A stretch of 63,645 bases of DNA, filler included, from Perkinsus chesapeaki ATCC PRA-425 (Eukaryota; Protista; Perkinsozoa), in NCBI GenBank assembly GCA_013115145.1. It is 6 parts of 6 records of this genome, joined end to end, with 100 filler letters (N's around TTAATTAATTAA, not from the genome) between each part and the next. Parts side by side here need not be neighbours in the genome. Positions count along the whole stretch, not along the records: positions 22,592 to 52,643 come from JAAPAO010000446.1; 5 more parts are not named here. The stretch is one strand, 5' to 3'. The translations under genes and the position numbers were made by a program. Under the pieces are notes generated by a model. It saw only the letters and a program-made list of their open reading frames with translations, ran no database searches and was not told the origin of the DNA. Position 1 is the stretch's first letter; each line of letters starts with the position of its first letter. Below, piece by piece: positions 34,976 through 47,567 of this stretch.

Positions 34976-37900
34976 TCAAGACTTCCATATCATCGTGGGA
35001 AGGCTTCCTTGGCCCAGGCTACCCGACTCATTAACATTCGTCTTGGAACTTTCCTCCAAAGCACTTTCTTTAACAGCAGAGTTGCTGTCAGTATTGTCCA
35101 CAGTGCCGCCGCTGCCGCGTGCTCGACTAGGATGGCTGACTTCCCCTGGCCTTGATCGAGATGTCTTAGATCTGGCGCTTACGGGAGGCAATGGCCTCAC
35201 GTTGACAAACCTAGGTAAGACAGTTCTGCCTATTTCAGGGGGTTTCCTAATATGAAGTCTGTCCTCCGGTAGTAGCTCACGATCGAAGCTCCAGCTCTCA
35301 ACCCGGCTGCTAGCAGAACGCTGACTAAGTCGGTCAACGCTGACGTGCTGCCGAGTGAGCTCTTCAGCCCTCTTTTGATCAATAGTGTGACTCCGAGGCG
35401 CTTCGTGATGTTTCACGTGCAGTTGCTGCGGCTCAACTTCATCTGCGTGAATAAGTCGCCTGCCTGGTCGGCCAACGGACCACCGCTCTCGCCCCGCACC
35501 TCCACGGAACGACAAACCATCACCGGTGACTGCTGTTGGCGGCCGCACTTTTCTTCTCTTACCAAACACCCCTACAGCTTCGGGCAGAGACATATACGTG
35601 TTTGTCTCGACGCTGGAACTCTTGTGGTTGACGGGTAAAGCGTCATTCTCACCCGCTTGGCCGCCGGTAGTAAGCCGAAGGCTAGATTTTGGAGAGGCTC
35701 GCACGGTCTTATTCGCTTCTTTCGCAGACTTCTTTTTATTCGTAGACTTCGCTTCTTTCTTGGTCACTCGAGAGAATTCTGTCGCGCTATTTCTAGTAAC
35801 TCTGCTCGTGACCTTTGCCATTCCTAGTCTTTGTCTCAGCAGCGCCGAACTACGATGCCACACTTCTGCTTCTATTTGCTCTCTCCGCCAGAAGGAAGTG
35901 TCCACCCGGGCCCCAGCATGCGATGAGGCATCTCTTGTGCTCCGTGGTGGCGGTGGTAGCTCCACAGCAGAGGCAGACGGTTCCAAATTAACAATGTCCG
36001 CTGCCATTGGTATCGTAGTTCGCAATACAGGCGGTAACCGTTCGCTTTGTCCACCGCCTTCCTTCAGACCCCTTGGCTGAGCGTGCATGTTTGCTATACT
36101 TCTCACAATCTGACAGCAACATTGAATGGTACGTTGAAGACTGGTGTATCCTACTAATGACGATGAAGTCACAGGATGGCGCCTTGCCAGTCTCATCATG
36201 TCCGTTCCCCGAAGCGTTGGTAGCAAGTCTCTCACAGACTGACGCCGATGTCCAGAACCATCAGGTACACACATACCCATTGGGAGGCTGATAAACAGGG
36301 AGGGCCCATAGGGAGCTCAGCCACTCACTTACCTCTCTCCTGTGACATCGTAATGGAGCGCAAATCCGTCAACAAGGAGTTTGGGGGTGAACCGGTGGCC
36401 GGCATAGTTCCGAAGATACCCTAACTCCATAATTGCGACGTAGTCTTTTCAAAGCCCTACTGCCCCGTTTCCCCAACTGGTGTCTTTTTCTCCTGAGCTT
36501 GCGTCGCTCCCATGCAGATAGGATGGATCCCAGCTGTGATAGATAGATAACGCTGCTCGCCTAAAAACAAGTGCACAATAGGCAAATCGATGCTGGTATT
36601 CGTACTCTTATCCTCGCAGTGCTGATGGCACAGGAGAAGCGCCGTGACATCCTTTCAGAGTGATGATGACGAACATCAGAGCTCTCGAAGGCGACTAGCA
36701 GTGTATTCACCCATGAGTGACCAGAGCCAGAAGAGCTAGTCGATGCTCCATCTGAAAATGCCAAATATGAAAGAAGCATTCGATCGGTTATTAACCTTCA
36801 TCGCCCTCAGGTCCAGGGGAGGCAGCCGCCAGAGGGCGCTCGACATGGGAGGCGTTCTAGATGGTAGGCATAGTAGATGCGCTCGCACTAACAACATACC
36901 TTCAATCTAGTCTGCTCCGCCAAGGCCAGCTGGGCCATCATGAGCGTGTTGAGCTGGGAATTGATAGTATTCCTGGAGCAACGGTATGGTGAGGTTGGCG
37001 GCCTTGTACATCCCTCACCTTATCTCTTCTTTATCTTGCATTTCCTCGATGGACGTTCTCCTCACCAGCATAGAACTGAAACGCACAAGCAAGATTTGTA
37101 GAACAAGGGTAGCCCTGGGATACGCTTCGGCCACCTGAATCGTCGTGCTCGGAATGACGAGCTATTCCGTCGTCGAGGTTTGTTCGAGGAGACACCGGTC
37201 AGTTCGTCTCCCTGAGGTTCCACCCCTACAGCACCCCACCACTCATCGCGCTCACATTTTCCGTGCTTCGAACCGCGCTGATCTGACCTTCAACCCGCAG
37301 AGTCATCTGGAAGAGACCCTGGTCCACAGCCGTCAGATTTCGACGAGCAAGCAGGTGCTCGTGCCTTAGTAAGAAAGACAGTACGACATCTGTAACACAC
37401 AGAGCGCAAAGACTCACTGTGAGGATTCCGCCCGCTGTTTGAAGATATGATCCTCTCGTCCTCCCCGATGGCCTGCATGAGTTCGTCGCTGCCGGCGTAA
37501 TCCCCGCGCCTACGAGCCAGGTATCCACAAGTGAGTGAAACAATGTAAAACGATAAGGGGCAAGCAGTTGACTCTCATCCATATCTTCACATACACACTA
37601 TATATAGAGATAGAAGCTTCTAAAGCCTATATTTATTCAATCAGTGAATCGCAGATTCCAATCGATATTTCTAAAGATCATCCGCCCTTCCCGTGGAACC
37701 CGAAGGTCCTACTTCCTCGCGTTGTTTTCGTAGCCGTTCCATCCTAATCTCTTTAAACATGTCCTCCACCCTCTTCTTCCATTCGATATACCGCAGTTCC
37801 TAACAGCGACACCTTCTACCCTAGATTTCGGGACCTATACCTCGTCCTCGTCCCTTTGTTGCCGCGTGCCCGGTGAGAGCGGCTCATCACTGCTGTCAAC

Positions 37901-40900
37901 CTGCTTGAAATCATCAGTATGATCATCATCATCATCATCTGCCTGTATGAAGCGTGTGAGAGCTGGGCGATCTGATATCTAGGAAGGGAGGCCCATTGCA
38001 TGCTAGCTCATTGATGGCACTCTATACGTCTGGCATTGGTTTCCTCAGCCGGGACTCGTCCACTGCGCGGCTGATCAACCTGTCAGTTCCCGAATCCCAC
38101 TTGGCCACCTTAGAGAACATTGAAGCCGGTGACATAAGGGCTCCCACCTCCCCTAGCACGGTAGGTGCGGGACCTTTATGCCGAGTGGCTCTTTCTTGCT
38201 GTCTGGCTTCTGTTAGTATGGCACTCAGAGCATCTTCTAGGGATGTTCTGCCGGCCTCCTGAAGGGGAAAGAAATCGGGGTAAGGAGGACCCAGCTCTCA
38301 TGCCTACCTCTACCGATCCGCTACTTCCAAGCCCCTCCTCTTTACCTACCACTACAGAGAGAACTGTCTGTCATTCGATCCTCTATTCTGATACCTACCT
38401 TCTACTGTCGAGTCGGTGGCTTGATTCCCCATAAGAATCTCTCGGAGCCTGCGCCACTCTGACCGCAGCACTCCGGCTACCTAAACATCCAACCATCACT
38501 GAGTTACCCTATGTCACACTCACCAACTGGCTCCTTGGGTCATGTGCGGTACTCTTCCTCTCGAGTATTCTCATTAGCTCTTCTATTACTAGCAATCTAG
38601 TCTTCGGGGCGAACTCCTTCAGCCGGTCTCGTAAGACCGGGAATCTGACCGCAAATAACCATACAGCATTGCTTCCCTTTATAGTGGTCACTCCTTGCGC
38701 AGCTCCTCCTCGCTTCCCTTCTGCATCTCGACGATGAGATCTCCTAGCTGGTTGATCTCCAGGCCTAGGCGCTCGGCCGCCGCCACTAATATCTCATTAA
38801 CAGACGACCGTCTCCGCTTTCGGAGCCTCTGCACCAAACATCCGACTTCTACGGAGACGTCCCAGGGCCCACCTTATCAGGCCCTGAGGACGCACTAGTG
38901 CCGAGGACACTGAAACTCCCTGGCTCCTCGCTGCTCTGCACAGTCTGACGCTCGGACTTTTTATCAGCGACATCAGGCTCACCAGCGGCCTCAGTTGCCA
39001 GTGCAGAGGAGGGGAGGGCAAGAGGCACCCCACTAACAACTGAGAGAAGTGCCGCTGGAGAGAGATGTAGAAGGCTAAGCTTACCTGCATCCTGGATATC
39101 TTCGAATGTATCAGCAGAAACATCCTCCGCCTGAGGGCCTTCAACAATCTCCTCTCTAATCTGAAGCTAGTCGGCGCTGCTATCTAGGAACTATCCCTCA
39201 AGAGCTCCTTACTGCCCGAGCACTGGCGACTCTTTGCCTCCAGAAGTTACCAAGTCTGGCCACTGTGGACGCTCGCTCTGTCAACATGCCATGCTCCTCA
39301 GTTAGGTCCTCTGGCTCAGATACTGCTCCTCCTCGCCCCCTCGCACCTGAGAAATACTCCTGTCCGAGCTACGGCCAACTGTGCTCGAATGATTCCCAAG
39401 CGCCGCATTTCCGAGTAACTTCGTCGTTCGAGAGCCATTTTTAGGCAGACAGGCTGTGATGCCAAACTGACCTGCCATCCTGACGGCCGCTACCACTGCT
39501 CTGCCGCCGCGCTTGAGCTTCTCCAAGGGACTCCTTACAACAGCGTAGAATACGTTAGCCCGGCGAAAAAGCTCTGATACCTTCCCCGGCCACCCCTCGG
39601 TGTAGAGGGTGCCGTGAAGGAGCCCCATCGACTCACAGTGGCTCTGCTGCTTCTGCCGGCCGTCGAAGGTCTACCGCGGCTCAATTGGAGTTTAGGAATA
39701 AGCACCTGGAAGAGAAGTAGGGCGCCGCTGGGGGCCGATGACTGCACCTTCGACCTCCTCGGTGCACTCCTATCCATTATTCGACGGTAGAGGTCGTGAA
39801 GGGCAAAAGAAGCAATCTGAAAATGCATACAGTATTCAGACGCTCCTCTACTCCGCCCTCCTCTGCGAGCAAGTCGGACCTACCTCATTAGGTTCGAGGT
39901 CTATTTCATCGCTAAACATAGAAGGGTCTTCTAAGAGGCCATTGATCTGAGGAACACAGGCAATGTGACCACCGTGGATCTTCCAGACTTCTCAAGCGAC
40001 TAGCTCACCTCCTCCTCCAGGTCACCTAACTGGTCCAACAGCATCGAATTAACATCACCAACTTGCAGTATTCGACCTTGGAGGTCCTCGTATCTGACGA
40101 GGGTAATGAAATCACCAATGACGCAGCAGCAGCGAGAATAAGCTTCAACTCACTTCATGAAGAGGCGTTCTTGCTCTTCCCGCTCCTCTTGCTCGGGATC
40201 GGGCAGCAGCTCAGCTGCAGCGGCATCCTGGAAAGGACACTTGAGACCCATTCACCATCACAGGTTACTTGACCAAGTAACTCCCTCACGGTGGTCTGGT
40301 AGGATGGATAGGCGCCATAGAAGCGGTCTACTTTTGCAGGGAGGTGACGGAGCGCCTCCCGAACCTAAACGGGGCAATGATGTGGTAAGCATGAAACTTT
40401 TTGCCAGTAGTCCAAAGAGCTCCCATCCCGACTCGGTGGTTGCGACGCTAGTTGTAGAACTATGCATTCAATGTGTCGCATACCATATGAAGAGGAGGAG
40501 GATGCTACTAGAGTAACGTACCAGAGAGCCAACCCAGAGACAACTGGAACTACGACGCTTGAATCGGGATATCTTGGCCTGTGTCCAACCTACCTCAGTG
40601 ACCTGCTCTTCCCATCGATGCTCTGGCGTTTGGCCTAGCATGTCTGCCGCACTCCTAAGCCATTCAACGCCGCCCATCACTTCACGATGGGCATAGCTGG
40701 CCTCCTTGATAGAGGTCTTGTGATGCGGCTGCAGTGGAATCTGCCACACAAACAGGCCTCTTATTGGTCCGGCAACTTCACAGCGCATTTACATCATCCG
40801 GAACTCCAGGCTCCCTCGAGAGATAGGTCTGAACTTTATTGCTCAGTACAATACCCTTACGATGCACCATTGCCGCCAGAGTGTCGAACCGCCTCACTGC

Positions 40901-43900
40901 CTGCCACAACCGTGCCGATGGTCACAAGGCATTGTGTCGTAATCGAATACCTCCTCAAGTTTGGACTGCCGTGTTGCACGCTCCACAGTGGCCTCCTTGT
41001 ATGCCAACCATACTTCATATGGCACAACGTGGCGTCTCCTCTCCACCGGCTTCCGGCAGCTGCTGCTGCTACTGCTCGGGGAACCGTCCAACTGCTGCAA
41101 GAGCGGTGAGTTAGGGTCTAACTCGGCGAGTCTCTGAAGCTGTCGCATATCTCAGGAAGAGACCGCTGCTATCCTACACGCTTGGCATCCTCGACTCTCG
41201 CGGCCAAAAGGCCCTGGTCATGGCTGAACCGCCTTGACCGCCTTCGAGGCACGCCAAACTAAAACGATCGCATTGCAGCTGTCAAGAGGGGTCCTGTGTT
41301 TCTGCCGTTGACCTCGGATCCTATTTGCTCTTGGACCCTCTGCTCGAGTATTTCCCGCGTATGTGCTATCTTTTCCTCCAACGCCTCCTTTCGTGCCAGA
41401 AGTCGTTTGTCCTTCCTACTGGCAGCTCCCTGAGCCCGACCGATCAGCAAGGCCTCAGACACCGACGACGTTCACCTCTAGCGTACTCGCTCCTTCATCG
41501 GAATCGGACGCATCCGAGTCCGTCGAGGAGTACATAGCGGCCTAGCGAATGACCAGATGACTTGCGTAAATAGGATCTACTGCTGCTGGTTACCAAGTTG
41601 CCAGTTCTGCTTTCTTCTTTTCGAAGCGCTGAGAGCTCCACTTGCCTGTCTGCTGCCACCTAATCGACAGTGAGCAGGCAGCCAGCAAGCTGAGATAGTC
41701 ACCTTTGTCTCGTCTACCAGATTCTGGAAGGCTTCTTTCAAGTTCAACCCGTTGTCCCGGGACACCGACGCTCGCGATTTCTCAAGTAGAAGCGAGGCCT
41801 GAAGCAAGTTCGAATCATCTAGTCCGATGAGCAGCCTCTGATGTCACCCTTCTCTCCCTCCTAGCTTTAGCTGCTTTAGAATGACGTTTGATTTTCGCGT
41901 ACATCCCAGCAAGGTTCTTGTACAGCGAAAGGACATATGTGTGGATGGAGAGTTTAGCTATCGTGCTAGAATCTGCCAGAGCCTCGTTGAAGCTCGGTTC
42001 CTCCCGTAGGAGCATCCCTTCGTAGTGCTTTAATCGTCGCTCGGTGTACCGATGCCTAACAAAAGTACCGCCGCGTCAACCAAGTCTCTTTGGGGCCAGT
42101 AGAGGGTATATGCTAGCTTGAGATCCCGTTCACTGGACATGGCACCCCAACCCACAACCCTCTGCCCTTCCAAAGACTTCAGTATGATATAGTTCGACTG
42201 CTGAGATGTCCACCCGTCCTTTGTCTCACCTTGTTCCCATCGAACTCATATTCTCCAACACAGCTACATATTCATCAAAATTGCTAGTGTAGCTTTCCAC
42301 TATGCGGCCTAGACGAACCTTGGCATATGCGGTCTCCCTCGCAGTGGCATCTCCACTTAGGGAAGTCCCTGCTCCTATACGTTTAGCGTCAAGCCATGAC
42401 TCCTGACTGTTCTGGAGTCCTTGCCTAACTCCACGAGTAATACTAAATTCCATCAGCCGTGATGCTCACCTCCGAGTATCTTTCTTTCGCACGCCCGGTT
42501 CATAGCCCATTGACTCTAGGCATGCCGTAGCGGCTTTCATTACAACCTTTGCCTGAGAGGTGGGGGGCATGCGCTCTCACGTGGCGAGATCAAGAGGCCC
42601 AACCTGCTCCTGTATGGTGGAAAAGTAGTGCAGTAACTCAACGACATCTTGCGAAGGTGGGCCTGAGATATTGGTACGTCTACCATAGCGCTGTGAGTGG
42701 TGATTACGTTTCACTTCCACCACAAGTGGTGCTTGTGCGTCCTCGTAGGAGGGGCCTGCAGCGTCTATTAATTAACTACTCTTATCACCGGAGTCCAACG
42801 CAGTTACTTTCTGGGAGGCTAACCAGAGGCTCGACGATTATATTCCGGATGCCGTACGATACTTCACTATCACACCCGTCTTCCTCAGAACTGAAGGTTA
42901 AGGATACAGGAAGCCATCAAAGAAGGTCAATTGCTACTCGGCAAACCTCTCGAGTATGTCATGCACTATGTCCCTGTTGTTCGGATCACTGGCCGAATGC
43001 ACCGTCCTGTAGATAAGCGGTATTGTTTCCCAGTCTGTACAGGGTACTATCACCTATTGCTAGTAGTCCACGGACACTCGTCGGTACCCCAAAGCAGCGC
43101 CTCTGCAAAGACCTGTCGGGACATCTCTACCGGGAAAGCTCTCTATGATGATTGCACCCTGTCGGGTTCGTCACCGTGCAATAGCCTCGTCAGCAAGGAC
43201 ATTGTAAACTCTGATCTCGCTATGGTCCCCGCGGACCTCGTTGCTTTGGATCTAACAAGCCTGAAGAACCACCGGTCCTTCCAAGAGACCAGGGCGGCGT
43301 CCATCACCTCGGGCTTGTGTGAGCGAGTAAGCTCCTTGACACCTTTGTACTGCTGAGCATGCAGGTCGGTCCGACCCAACCGCTTGCGAGGCGTGTGCTT
43401 GTAGATGGACCTAGTTCACGCGTGCTATCTGCGCCTTGCTCCATGCTCAGCTCACCGGAGCGCCCAAAAAGCGCTGGCTTCCGGGAACAGATATAACCTT
43501 GTGTCTCTCTCATAGATGATAGGGTCACAAGACGATGGGGATGAGCGCCATCAGAAAACATTCAATACAACTGCGGCAACTGGTTCGAAAACACGCTTCT
43601 TTCACCTCGGGAACGAAAAGCTTTTCCATTTGTTTTTGGATGATATCTTCACATTCTATCATATAGGCCAGCCTGCAACAAGCATTGTAACCAGACTTAG
43701 TCAAATTAAAAGACCATTTGACCAAACCAGAGGATATACACTTTGTCAGGTGGATTTGCAAAGTTGCGCAGTTCTTTGAGGAAGTCCAAGTCTCACAAGA
43801 TAGGCAAGTCTGTGGGACCCGGACGACGTCTAGTGCTGTGTATCTACATAGTTGAGAGATAGCCTTCAGAGGAAGCTGGAGAAAGAACCTAATGGGTGGT

Positions 43901-43908
43901 GTTGCCAC
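34976..43908 (-). CDS. Uncharacterised multi-exon gene(s): coiled-coil-rich exons and a 434-codon low-complexity terminal exon
   Basis: Continuous series of minus-strand ORFs/exons with GT-AG ends. No domain recognised; probably more than one gene. Confidence 0.4.
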
Positions 43909-44024
43909 ACTGCTCTACCAACTTGATGCACTGGGGCCGAGCTGACTTGCAATTACTGCTTTCTGAAAAATAGTCCAGTTGGGACATTCTAAGTGACATA
44001 GGAGTCGCAGTAAGTGGGAGCGTG

Positions 44025-44491
44025 GTAGTATTAATAATAGGAGGGGTGCAGCATTAGTGTTGTAGTATTAATAATAGGAGGGGTGCAGCATTAGTGTGGT
44101 AGTATTAATAATAGGAGGGGTGCAGCATTAGTGTGNNNNNNNNNNNNNNNNNNNNNNNNNNNNNNNNNNNNNNNNNNNNNNNNNNNNNNNNNNNNNNNNN
44201 NNNNNNNNNNNNNNNNNNNNNNNNNNNNNNNNNNTGTGGTAGTATTAATAATAGGAGGGGTGCAGCATTAGTGTTGTAGTATTAATAATAGGAGGGGTGC
44301 AGCATTAGTGTGGTAGTATTAATAATAGGAGGGGTGCAGCATTAGTGTGGTAGTATTAATAATAGGAGGGGTGCAGCATTAGTGTGGTAGTATTAATAAT
44401 AGGAGGGGTGCAGCATTAGTGTGGTAGTATTAATAATAGGAGGGGTGCAGCATTAGTGTGGTAGTATGAATAATAGGAGGGGTGCAGCATT
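44025..44491. repeat. 37-bp minisatellite (GTAGTATTAATAATAGGAGGGGTGCAGCATTAGTGTG), at least 10 copies, interrupted by an N gap
   Basis: Unit starts at 44025, 44062, 44099, then 44239, 44276 ... 44461 (last copy partial); copies abut with no spacers. Confidence 0.95.
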
Positions 44492-44529
44492 AATAACCAC
44501 TGATAATGACAATAGTATTGTCTTGATTG

Positions 44530-47069
44530 ATGGCCGATCCGGACACCCCAGTTGCCCCAGCTGAGGATCTCGCTGCGAAGGCGGATGAATACAAGAATGA
44601 GGGTAACGCCCACTTCAAGGCCGGCAGATACAAGAACGCACTAGTGTATGGGCCACTACTCTTCCTTTATACTATATAGGACTGGGGTCAGGTCCTACTC
44701 TATGGCAATAGAAGTTGCGGAGGGTGAGTCGGATGATGAAGATGATATCTCTACTGGAGCTCCCACAACTCCCTCTGACGCTGGCCGTGAGTACCGCTAT
44801 TACCGAGGGGTTTGAATCTTGCATGTTAGTTAAAGACGACGAAGAAGACGTAGCTCCGAAACATCCGGACTTCCCTAATCTCCATATCTACTACTCGAAC
44901 AGAGCGCTGTGCAATATTAAGATGGAGAACTTGGGATCAGCTATAGAGGATGCTACAAGGGTATCACCGGTCTCAGCGGGCGAGGGTAGTGACCTCTATT
45001 TCAGGCAATAAACTTGAAGCCTTCCTATAGCAAGGCCTACTACCGAAGGGGCTGTGCCAGGATGGAGCTATTCAGATACTCAGAAGCTTCGAAAGGTACT
45101 ACTGGATCGCTTTTGGGTGGACTCGAATGTCTTTATGTTACAGACTTCGAGCGTGTGGTACGCTTGAGTCCGAAGGATCTGGACGCTCGCGCCAAGTAAG
45201 TCACGATGTTTCGTACCGTCTTTTCCATGCCACAGTGTCGCATATAAGAACAGTTGCAAACCACTTCATATAGGTATAAAGCTTGTAAAAAGCAGATTCA
45301 GGCTGCTAAATTCGCCAAGGCTATCGCTACCGAACATACAGTACGTCCAAGCGAGACGGCGAACCTAGAAAATATCGATGTACCATCCTGAATAGGGGGT
45401 GTTCATCAGTGCTGCTGCTGCTATTCAGGTTCCAGCTTCCTATGACGGACCGGTCATTGAGGGTGGTAAGATCGATCAAAAATTCATTGATGCGCTTACA
45501 GTTTATCTTAAAGACGAAAGGGTAAGGGTGTGGGTGGTGGCAGGCTGGCAGCTTACTGGGGCGGTTATGTTAGACTTTGGCCAAGAAGTTTGCCTACCAG
45601 ATAGTGCTCGGTGCCATAGCATATTTCAAGAAGCAACCGACACTCTGCAATATAGATGTACCAGTTGGGAAACATTTCACTGTGTGTGGAGATGTAATAT
45701 TGGGGGCGGCGGCTTTGGAGCGATTGGATGACCACTCGTTTGGTAACGGGCTGTCCTGTTAGATTCATGGGCAATTTTATGACCTTCTGAATATATTCAA
45801 ACTAAATGGCACTCCTGGGCCAGAGAACCCCTACCTATTCAATGGAGATTTTGTCGATCGTGGCAGTTTCTCATTGGAATGCATACTACTGCTGTTGTCA
45901 TATAAACTAGCGTAAGCTCCGTCTTCGATCCAACACTGCCCAATCGGTGCACCCAGTTACCCTAACTCTCTATTTTTGGCTCGAGGAAATCACGAGTCCA
46001 GGAACATGAACCAGCTATATGGCTTTAAGGTATCGGCCAGGTTGTGGCTCACGGTGAAAAGATATCTGTTGATAGGGAGAAGTTGAAGCGAAGTACGATG
46101 AGACGCTCTATAACCTGTTTTGTGAAGCATTCTGCCTCCTACCTCTTGCTCACATTATCAACAACACTGTCTTCGCTACTCACGGTGGGCTCTTTAGTAA
46201 GGATGGCGTCACTCTAGATGACATACGTAAGCACAGCAGCGACCTATAGTACTTTGCATAACTCATGAGCTGCCAGGTGCCGTAGATCGCGACCAGGAAC
46301 CACCGGATAGCGGCCTGTAATAATTCACACATGCTTTCGATTTTCCATGAGGTGCTGTTGCATGTTTTAGTATGACGGAGATGCTATGGTCTGATCCTAT
46401 GAGCGTCAGAGGTAGAGCCCCGAGTCAGAGAGGTGTTGGAGTTATGTTCGGTGAAGGTAGAATCTCGATAGAGGTGGCGCCGGTTACTTATCGTATCAGA
46501 TGTCACGCGCAACTTCTTGGAGACAAACGATTTGCAGTTGATCGTCCGAAGTCACGAGATGAAGGATGAAGGCTACGAGGTGCTGCTAGAGAGCTTTGTG
46601 AATCGGTATGTTAGTGTGTCAGGTTGAGCACTCGGGCAACCTTATCACTGTGTTCTCGGCCCCCAACTACTGCGACCAGATGGGCAATAAGGGAGCGTTC
46701 CTCAACTTCACTGTGCTTACTGATGCCGAGCGTGATGCTGAAGAGAAAAAGGAGACTGCTAATGGTAGACGGAGCATTACGAGTGTGTTGAAGAGTTTGG
46801 TGTCAATCGGTGCAGGTATGAATCGTGGCACTCAGAGGACACTTTACGGTAATCTCAAGTTGAAGTGCACTAAGTTTGAGCATGTACCTCATCCTCCTAA
46901 GAGCGTAAGTTTCGACTCAGTATCTGATATCTCGTCCCACATAACGATTATCTCATATCTGATCACATGCCTGTGCTCAATTCAGGCGATGCATTACGCC
47001 AATCCAGCGCTCCTCGGCCCCATGATGGGAGGGATGAACCTGCAGCAGATGATGGCTTCCTCCCAGTGA
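44530..47069 (+). CDS. PPP5C: Serine/threonine protein phosphatase 5 (TPR + PPP catalytic domain)
   Basis: TPR exons ([37 protein letters not shown]) plus [23 protein letters not shown] and [14 protein letters not shown] motifs. Confidence 0.95.
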
Positions 47070-47567
47070 TGATAGCACTCCAGTCTCTCCATTGTATACC
47101 TTTCGCTTTGTTATGTCATCGCTCCCAAGTTGTATAACTAGTAACACGAGCTGCTGCTGCTACTTGCCATTTCCTATTCGTATATGCTTGAGTTTCATGC
47201 AGAGGGTAAATAGGGGACTGGCTAGCTTGTTCGGGTACCTTGCACTTATTGGATTTTCTAACGGTGCACAGATGATGTTTGTAGAAGGCGGCAGTGGCGG
47301 GGTTATCACCTCACATTGCCTCCCCGGCCATTGGCTCGTCTGCTTCGAAATATTCGAACTACTAGTGTTGCCCTGCTACTTTGAACTTCAACAGCGTGAA
47401 CAGCGTGAACTTGTCCATGGGTATCTCGAGCGAACGGTAAATAATTACCACCTTTTCTGGTATACCTAGCAACGCTCGTGGTACTTTACAAAAAACTATC
47501 CGCGTTTTAATTATCTTAGTCATAGAATGCCAAGGTCACAGTATAGTTTTCCGTATTATCAGCCATA

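Noticed and set aside
35345-36291. Plus-strand ORFs up to 184 aa opposite the 434-aa minus ORF (and many similar 60-150 aa antisense ORFs window-wide)
   Set aside because: Antisense shadows of real exons, with no independent motifs or splice support.
44025-44491. Possible CRISPR array (37-bp repeats)
   Set aside because: Units abut with no spacers, no cas genes are present and the host is eukaryotic; it is a minisatellite.
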